39,778 nt of DNA from an uncultured Halieaceae bacterium (GTDB lineage Bacteria; Pseudomonadota; Gammaproteobacteria; Pseudomonadales; Halieaceae): contig CAJXZI010000001.1 in NCBI GenBank assembly GCA_913063005.1, forward strand, positions 1-39,778, written 5' to 3'. The notes beneath the pieces were generated by a model that did not search any database, was not told where the DNA came from, and saw nothing but the letters and a program-made list of their open reading frames with translations. Shown here in pieces: positions 34,028-39,778 of the stretch; the stretch's first letter is position 1, and each line of letters begins with the position of its first letter. A program made the translations under genes and the position numbers.

Positions 34028-35110
34028 GTGATAGAGACAGATCGACTCGTAGCGGGTGATACCGTCGACCATCGCGAAACTGCACTCGATCGTGCGGTGC
34101 GGCCACAAACGCTGGATGACTACATCGGTCAAACGGCTGTGAAGGAGCAGATGGATATTTTCCTGTCAGCAGCCAAAGGTCGCGGCGAGCCTCTTGATCA
34201 CACGCTGATATTTGGTCCTCCGGGTCTTGGTAAGACCACGCTCGCCAGCATTGTTGCTAACGAGATGGGTGTTCAGCTGAAAACCACCAGTGGCCCAGTG
34301 TTGGAAAAGGCCGGTGATATTGCGGCCATCATGACTAATCTGGAGCCCAACGACGTTTTATTTATCGATGAAATCCATCGTTTAAGCCCCTACGTCGAGG
34401 AAATTCTGTATCCGGCTATGGAGGACTTTCAGCTCGATATCATGATTGGTGAGGGGCCGGCAGCACGCTCTATTAAGCTGGACCTGCCCCCGTTTACCTT
34501 AGTGGGTGCTACCACTCGCGCGGGCCTGCTGACGTCACCACTTCGAGATCGCTTCGGTATTGTTCAGCGCCTCGAGTTTTATGAGGTTGGTGATTTGAAG
34601 CACATCGTGACACGAGCCGCCTCGATCTTAGGCGTTGAGGCAGACGCCGCCGGAGCGCTTGAGATTGCAAAGCGGTCCAGGGGTACACCTCGAATCGCGA
34701 ACCGCCTGATGCGGCGCGTCCGTGATTACGCTCAGGTGAAGGGTGATGGTGTTATCACGCAGCAAATGGCGGAGCAGGCGCTAGATATGCTCAGCGTTGA
34801 CGACCAAGGCTTCGATCATTTGGATCGACGATTTTTATTGGCGCTTATCGAAAAATTTGAGGGCGGCCCTGTGGGGATTGACAGTCTGGCAGCGGCATTA
34901 TCTGAGGAGCGCGGCACGCTCGAAGACGTTATCGAGCCTTATCTGATTCAGCAGGGTCTTATTGTTCGAACACCCCGGGGTCGCGTGGCAACAAACGCCG
35001 CCTATCGACACTTCGGTATGCCAATGCCAACACCCAGTGAACCGGTGGCCGCGCGGTCGGCGAATCTGTCGCTCGATCTGGGAGTTCAGGGAGACGATAA
35101 CGGTGCTTGA
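34028..35110 (+). CDS. ruvB: Holliday junction branch migration helicase RuvB
   Basis: [34 protein letters not shown] and RTPRGR. Confidence 0.98.
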   Translation: MIETDRLVAGDTVDHRETALDRAVRPQTLDDYIGQTAVKEQMDIFLSAAKGRGEPLDHTLIFGPPGLGKTTLASIVANEMGVQLKTTSGPVLEKAGDIAAIMTNLEPNDVLFIDEIHRLSPYVEEILYPAMEDFQLDIMIGEGPAARSIKLDLPPFTLVGATTRAGLLTSPLRDRFGIVQRLEFYEVGDLKHIVTRAASILGVEADAAGALEIAKRSRGTPRIANRLMRRVRDYAQVKGDGVITQQMAEQALDMLSVDDQGFDHLDRRFLLALIEKFEGGPVGIDSLAAALSEERGTLEDVIEPYLIQQGLIVRTPRGRVATNAAYRHFGMPMPTPSEPVAARSANLSLDLGVQGDDNGA

Positions 35111-35531
35111 GTACAAGCTGCCGATCCGCGTGTACATCGAGGATACCGACGCCGGGGGTATCGTTTATTACGTCAATTACCTTAAATATTTTGAGCGCGC
35201 GCGGACCGAACTTATACGGTCTATGGGTGTCGATAAAACGGCGGTCATGGAAGATGGCTCGGTGTTTGTGGTGACGTCAGCATCGATCGACTACTTGGCA
35301 CCAGCGAGGCTGGACGATGAGATAGTTGCTCGTGCGACCGTGATCGGCGCCGGCGGTGCTTCAATTGTCTTTGAGCAGGACGTGTCACGAGGAGCTGAGA
35401 TACTCGCTCGGGGTAAAGTGACCGCCGCGCTAACCGACGGTCAGACAGGGCGGCCAAAACGTATGCCCATAAAATTGCGTTCTGCCTTAAAAGTGGCGGT
35501 TAATTCCAATGAGGTGATGGATGGCAGATGA
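35103..35531 (+). CDS. ybgC: Tol-Pal-associated acyl-CoA thioesterase
   Basis: [26 protein letters not shown]; start placed at GTG 35103 after GGAG. Confidence 0.93.
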   Translation: MLEYKLPIRVYIEDTDAGGIVYYVNYLKYFERARTELIRSMGVDKTAVMEDGSVFVVTSASIDYLAPARLDDEIVARATVIGAGGASIVFEQDVSRGAEILARGKVTAALTDGQTGRPKRMPIKLRSALKVAVNSNEVMDGR

Positions 35532-36261
35532 ACTGAGTGTAATTGAGTTGATTATGGGTGCGAGTTTCACTGTGAAGCTCGTGATGGCGATCCTTGTGGC
35601 GGCTTCCGTAACTTCTTGGTTCATGATTGTGCAGCGCGTGATTATTTTACAACGGGCTGACACAGAGCTACTCGATTTTGAGGATCGCTTCTGGTCGGGA
35701 ATGGACTTGGCGCAGCTCTATCGCGAGGGGTCCAACGCCATCGAAGAGGGGACAGATATCACGGGTGGCGAAGCACTTTTTCGCGCCGGTTTTAAAGAAT
35801 TCTCCAAGCTTTCACGACAACCAAACATGGATGCCGAGGCAATCGTTGAGGGCTCTCGTCGCGCGATGCGTGTGGCGCTGACCCGCGAGAGTGACCGCTT
35901 GGAGCACAACCTGCCTTTCTTAGCGTCTGTCGGCTCTACCAGTCCTTATATTGGTCTCTTTGGTACCGTGTGGGGAATTATGCACTCTTTCAGGGGGCTG
36001 GCTACGAGTTCACAAGCGACACTTGCGGCAGTGGCGCCCGGTATCTCTGAAGCGCTCATTGCAACCGCTATGGGCCTTTTTGCCGCTATACCCGCGGTAT
36101 TGGCCTACAACCGATTTGCCGCAAGGGTTGATGCCCTGCTCAACCGTTACGATGCGTTTGTTGATGAATTCTCAGGATTGTTACAGCGACAAAGCTATGC
36201 GCAGCAGGGTGGTCGAGTCGGTAGTCGAGACAGCGGTGTACAAGGCGGGAGCAGCCTGTGA
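35521..36261 (+). CDS. tolQ: TolQ
   Basis: LASVGSTSPYIGLFGTVWGIM and VAPGISEALIATAMGLFAAIPA. Confidence 0.96.
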   Translation: MADELSVIELIMGASFTVKLVMAILVAASVTSWFMIVQRVIILQRADTELLDFEDRFWSGMDLAQLYREGSNAIEEGTDITGGEALFRAGFKEFSKLSRQPNMDAEAIVEGSRRAMRVALTRESDRLEHNLPFLASVGSTSPYIGLFGTVWGIMHSFRGLATSSQATLAAVAPGISEALIATAMGLFAAIPAVLAYNRFAARVDALLNRYDAFVDEFSGLLQRQSYAQQGGRVGSRDSGVQGGSSL

Positions 36262-36674
36262 GACCGCGCCGTGCCGTTGCCGAAATCAACGTAGTTCCTT
36301 ACATCGACGTAATGTTGGTTCTGCTCGTTATTTTTATGGCGACTGCACCGCTCCTTATGAAGGGTGTGGAGGTGGATTTGCCTAAAGCAAATTCAACGCC
36401 TGTGTCTGACAGCGATGCCGAGCCACTCATCGTTTCTATCGATGCAAAAGCAAAGCTCTATCTTAATCTTGGTGCAAGCGACGATCAGGCGTTGAGTATT
36501 GACACTGTAAGACAACGAGTTTCTACAGTGCTCAAGCGCAATCCAGACAAAGCCGTGATGGTCTGGGGTGATGCAGCTGTTCCCTACGGTGAAGTTGTTT
36601 CATTGATGTCGGAATTACAGGCCGCTGGTGCGCCTTCCGTTGGTCTGGTTACCGAGGCGCCTGCGAGAAAATAG
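36258..36674 (+). CDS. tolR: TolR
   Basis: AEINVVPYIDVMLVLLVIFM and V.YG.VV motifs. Confidence 0.96.
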   Translation: MRPRRAVAEINVVPYIDVMLVLLVIFMATAPLLMKGVEVDLPKANSTPVSDSDAEPLIVSIDAKAKLYLNLGASDDQALSIDTVRQRVSTVLKRNPDKAVMVWGDAAVPYGEVVSLMSELQAAGAPSVGLVTEAPARK

Positions 36675-37399
36675 TGAGTTCGGATCGCGCCTTAATTATT
36701 GCCGTCCCACTGTTCGTTGCTGTTCTGGTTCACGTGGTTTTCTTAGTGGCTATAGAGGGGGAGTGGCGCACAGGTGAGGCGACTGTCGTTGCAAAGCCAA
36801 AAGTGGTGCAGGCCTCTTTAGTGTCGCTCAATTCGCCGAAAAAACCGACGCCCAAACCTGAAAGAAAACCCAAGAAGAAACCAAAACCAAAACCTAAGCC
36901 GAAACCTCAGCCCACAACAACGCCGTTACCAAAGCCTGTAGCCGTGGAGCCAAAATCACCTGAGCCCAAAAGAGCCCATCCTGAACCTGTCGCAGAAGAG
37001 AGTTCTCAGGCACAAAAGCTGGCTGACTTACAAAAAGAGTTGATGGCGGGATTGGAAGAGCTCCCGCAGGCTGAGCCCTCTGAAGCCAGCGATGAGTTTG
37101 ATGAGGTTCAACAGGTCGCTGCTCTCATGCAGGCGCGGATCACACAGAATTGGCGACGGCCACCGTCGGCTAGAAACGGGATGGAAGCGTTGCTTACCAT
37201 TAGCCTCGTTCCCACAGGCGAGGTGGTAGGCATTAATTTGTCGACAAGCAGCGGTAGCAGTGCCTTTGATAGAAGTGCGATAGCGGCGGTCGAACGCGTT
37301 GGCCAATTTCCCGAGGTTGCGGTCTTGTCTATTTCTGATTTCGAGCGATACTTTCGCCGATTTCCCTTGCGATTCCGCCCTGAAGATTTGAGGTACTGA
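36674..37399 (+). CDS. tolA: TolA (short, Pro/Lys-rich linker)
   Basis: Located between tolR and tolB; TM with His; C-terminal I.QNWRRP..SSG..AFDRSA..AV domain. Confidence 0.85.
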   Translation: MSSDRALIIAVPLFVAVLVHVVFLVAIEGEWRTGEATVVAKPKVVQASLVSLNSPKKPTPKPERKPKKKPKPKPKPKPQPTTTPLPKPVAVEPKSPEPKRAHPEPVAEESSQAQKLADLQKELMAGLEELPQAEPSEASDEFDEVQQVAALMQARITQNWRRPPSARNGMEALLTISLVPTGEVVGINLSTSSGSSAFDRSAIAAVERVGQFPEVAVLSISDFERYFRRFPLRFRPEDLRY

Positions 37400-38694
37400 T
37401 GATGTTGTTGCGTGTCTTTCTCGCTGTTTGTGGGCTGTGTTTTAGCGGCGCTTCGCTAGCTCAACTGGAAATTCAAGTTACCCGTGGTATCGACAATCCG
37501 ACTTCGATTGCCGTGGCACCTTTTGCCTGGGACGGTCTTGGTGCAGCACCCGAGGACTTCGCGCAAATTATTGATTCGGACCTCGCTCGAAGTGGTCAGT
37601 TCAGTCCCGTCAGTCGGCGCGATATGTTGAGTTTGCCTACGCGCGCCGAGGACATCTTCTATCGTGATTGGCGCGCAATTGCCGCGCGATATCTCGTTAT
37701 CGGACGAGTGAGTAAAGGTGCACAGCTTCGCGTGGAGTTTGCACTTTATGACGTGGAGCGAGGGATAGAGCTCTTCTCGTCTCAGGTGGCAGGACCAGAG
37801 TTCGAAGCTCGCATGGTCGCGCACCGGGTAGCGGATGCGATCTACGAAAAACTGACCGGTATCCAGGGCGCCTTTGCCACGAGATTGATTTACGTATCAG
37901 TAACGCGAAATCCCGAGGGCAAAGATTTTTATCGCCTCACAGTGGCCGATGCTGACGGCCAGCGTCCGATCGTATTACTGGAGGGACGCGATCCTATTCT
38001 CGCTCCGAGTTGGTCGCCTGATGGTAAAGAGGTTGCCTATGTATCTTTTGAGTCCTCGCGACCCGCTATCTATCGGCAAGTATTGGCTACTGGCGCTCGC
38101 GAACAGCTGACTAACTTCCGTGGGCTGAACAATTCGCCAGTTTGGTCCCCTGACGGCAAGTCCATGGCCTTGGTGTTGTCCAAAGACGGCAGTCCAGATA
38201 TCTATTTGCTCGATCTCGAAACGAAGCAACTTACGAGGCTCACACGACATTACGCGATTGATACCGAACCAACGTGGATGCCCGACGGTCAATCATTACT
38301 CTTCACGTCTGATCGAGGGGGCCGGCCTCAAATTTACCGGTATACGCTTGCTACGGGCAAGATCGAGCGAGTGACGTTTGAGGGGCGATATAACGCGCGC
38401 GCACGCGTCGCTGAGGATGGACGCAATGTGGCGTTGGTCCATCAGCGAGACGGCCGTTTTCACGTGGCTGTTTTCGACCTAGTTACAGAGCGGATGACGG
38501 TACTGACCGAAACCTCACTTGATGAAAGTCCCAGTATTGCACCGAATGGCTCCTTAGTGATCTATGCGACAAAGCGCGGTGACCGCAGTGTTTTGGGTGC
38601 TGTGGCAGTGGACGGAGGCGTCAAATTTAGCCTTCCAGCGCGGTCAGGTAGCGTGCAGGAGCCTGCGTGGTCGCCAATGTTGTTCAGTTGGTAA
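37399..38694 (+). CDS. tolB: TolB
   Basis: Signal peptide, DL.RSG.F, and PD40 repeats (P.WSPDG). Confidence 0.96.
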   Translation: MMLLRVFLAVCGLCFSGASLAQLEIQVTRGIDNPTSIAVAPFAWDGLGAAPEDFAQIIDSDLARSGQFSPVSRRDMLSLPTRAEDIFYRDWRAIAARYLVIGRVSKGAQLRVEFALYDVERGIELFSSQVAGPEFEARMVAHRVADAIYEKLTGIQGAFATRLIYVSVTRNPEGKDFYRLTVADADGQRPIVLLEGRDPILAPSWSPDGKEVAYVSFESSRPAIYRQVLATGAREQLTNFRGLNNSPVWSPDGKSMALVLSKDGSPDIYLLDLETKQLTRLTRHYAIDTEPTWMPDGQSLLFTSDRGGRPQIYRYTLATGKIERVTFEGRYNARARVAEDGRNVALVHQRDGRFHVAVFDLVTERMTVLTETSLDESPSIAPNGSLVIYATKRGDRSVLGAVAVDGGVKFSLPARSGSVQEPAWSPMLFSW

Positions 38695-38782
38695 GAAAAA
38701 ACGTTAGATCTGTTCAACAAATGGACATATATGCGCTACATTATAGGCAGTACAAAACCAGACTTTGTGTAGGAAACACGCC

Positions 38783-39346
38783 ATGACAACGAAAAATACT
38801 TTGGGGAAGGCTGCTGCAGTTGTTTTGATGGCTGCTTTGGTGAGCGCGTGCTCAAGCAACGCAGCAAAAGAAGAGGCTGCGGCTCAGGCAGCGGCTGAGC
38901 GTGCGGCAGCTGAGCAAGCGGCGGCAGCAGAGGCGGCGGCAGCAGAACAGCGCGCAGCTGAAAAGCAAAAAGCCATGATGGCTGAGAAGCGTGAGGAAAA
39001 GCGTCGCTTGATGGATGCGGCTTCTGCGGTTGGAAGCGTTTTCTACTTTGATTACGACAGCTCTTCTTTGAGCGACGACGCTCGTGCTGCAATCGATGCA
39101 CACGTTGCTTTGATGATGGCTGACGGCGGCAATGTGCGTTTGGAAGGTCACACCGATGAGCGTGGTACACGTGAGTACAACCTCGCCTTGGGTGAGCGCC
39201 GTGCCAACGCTGTTCGGGACTACATGGTTGCGAGTGGTGTTCCCGGTTACCGAATTGAGACCATCAGCTACGGTGAAGAAAATCCAATTGCTTACGGCTC
39301 AGGCGAGTCGAGCTGGAGCAAGAACCGCCGCGTGGAGATCAAGTAA
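38783..39346 (+). CDS. pal: Peptidoglycan-associated lipoprotein Pal
   Basis: Lipobox VSAC; YFDYD, EGHTDERGTREYNLALGERRA, SYGEE.P and NRRVE; ATG 38783 after AGGA. Confidence 0.96.
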   Translation: MTTKNTLGKAAAVVLMAALVSACSSNAAKEEAAAQAAAERAAAEQAAAAEAAAAEQRAAEKQKAMMAEKREEKRRLMDAASAVGSVFYFDYDSSSLSDDARAAIDAHVALMMADGGNVRLEGHTDERGTREYNLALGERRANAVRDYMVASGVPGYRIETISYGEENPIAYGSGESSWSKNRRVEIK

Positions 39347-39352
39347 GGCTTT

Positions 39353-39778
39353 ATGATCGCTCAACGTTTTACAAAGCCGGTGCTGGTCGCCGGCTTTTTT
39401 GTTTCAGTAGGTGCAGCAACGGCACAGGATTATGTCATCCAGCCAGCAGAGCAGCCTTCGGGTATTGTTCCCTACGTCCAGGCTGATACGTCGGGCGTCC
39501 CTATGTCGTCTGAACCCCTCCCGATGGCCGGGTCCGACTCGCGTTCGCTCGTGCTGAGGGTACAGCAGTTAGAGGAAGAGATTCGCAGACTGAATGGTCT
39601 GGTGGAGGAGCAGGCAGGCTTACTCACTCGGTTACAGGACCAATCGCTCGAGCGGTACGTCGAAGTTGATCGGCGCTTGGCGATGATCGCTTCAGCGGGT
39701 ACGGGAGCGGTCATTGATGATTCGTCTTTACCTGATGAACCCGTTGTGTCGGCCGATGGCGAGCAGACACCTGAGGTG
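39353..39778 (+). CDS. cpoB: Tol-Pal protein CpoB/YbgF, partial; runs off the right edge
   Basis: MIAQRFTKPVLVAGFFVSVGAATAQ signal peptide; coiled coil VQQLEEEIRRLNGLVEEQ...ERYVEVDRRL; follows pal. Confidence 0.88.
   Translation, partial: MIAQRFTKPVLVAGFFVSVGAATAQDYVIQPAEQPSGIVPYVQADTSGVPMSSEPLPMAGSDSRSLVLRVQQLEEEIRRLNGLVEEQAGLLTRLQDQSLERYVEVDRRLAMIASAGTGAVIDDSSLPDEPVVSADGEQTPEV
39373..39404 (+). terminator. Intrinsic terminator for pal, located inside the 5' end of cpoB
   Basis: aaagccggtg-ctggt-cgccggc-TTTTTTgTTT. Confidence 0.7.

Noticed and set aside
34962-35102. Long N-terminal extension of YbgC
   Set aside because: It overlaps ruvB; GTG 35103 with a Shine-Dalgarno gives a normal-sized protein.

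Overview
This window is a gene-dense stretch of core chromosome from a gammaproteobacterium. Gene order and protein style resemble Pseudomonadales/Cellvibrionales, possibly marine Halieaceae (OM60/NOR5); the taxon is my inference. In order it holds: partial pckA, hslO, rpsT, a small membrane protein, an acyltransferase and dinG; class Ia ribonucleotide reductase nrdAB; argF, argD, grxD, bfr and bfd; the proA-nadD-rsfS-rlmH-mrdA-rodA-mltB-rlpA-dacC-ybeD-lipB cluster and prfC; an accessory-looking LuxR / glutamine-synthetase-like / glutathione peroxidase cassette; proS; an FmdB-family protein and aspS; ruvCAB; and ybgC-tolQRAB-pal with partial cpoB. I see no mobile element, CRISPR array, tRNA/rRNA or defence system, and no clearly new multi-gene system. 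The most interesting signals are cis-regulatory: a long hairpin ending next to the hslO start codon, probable leaderless bfd and hslO transcripts, a complete NrdR/DnaA/sigma70 promoter for nrdAB, a terminator inside the cpoB signal-peptide coding sequence, and a 12-bp tandem repeat plus palindrome upstream of the GS-like gene. TolA (Pro-rich, TonB-like) and Pal (Ala/Glu-rich extension) also have unusual linker architecture.
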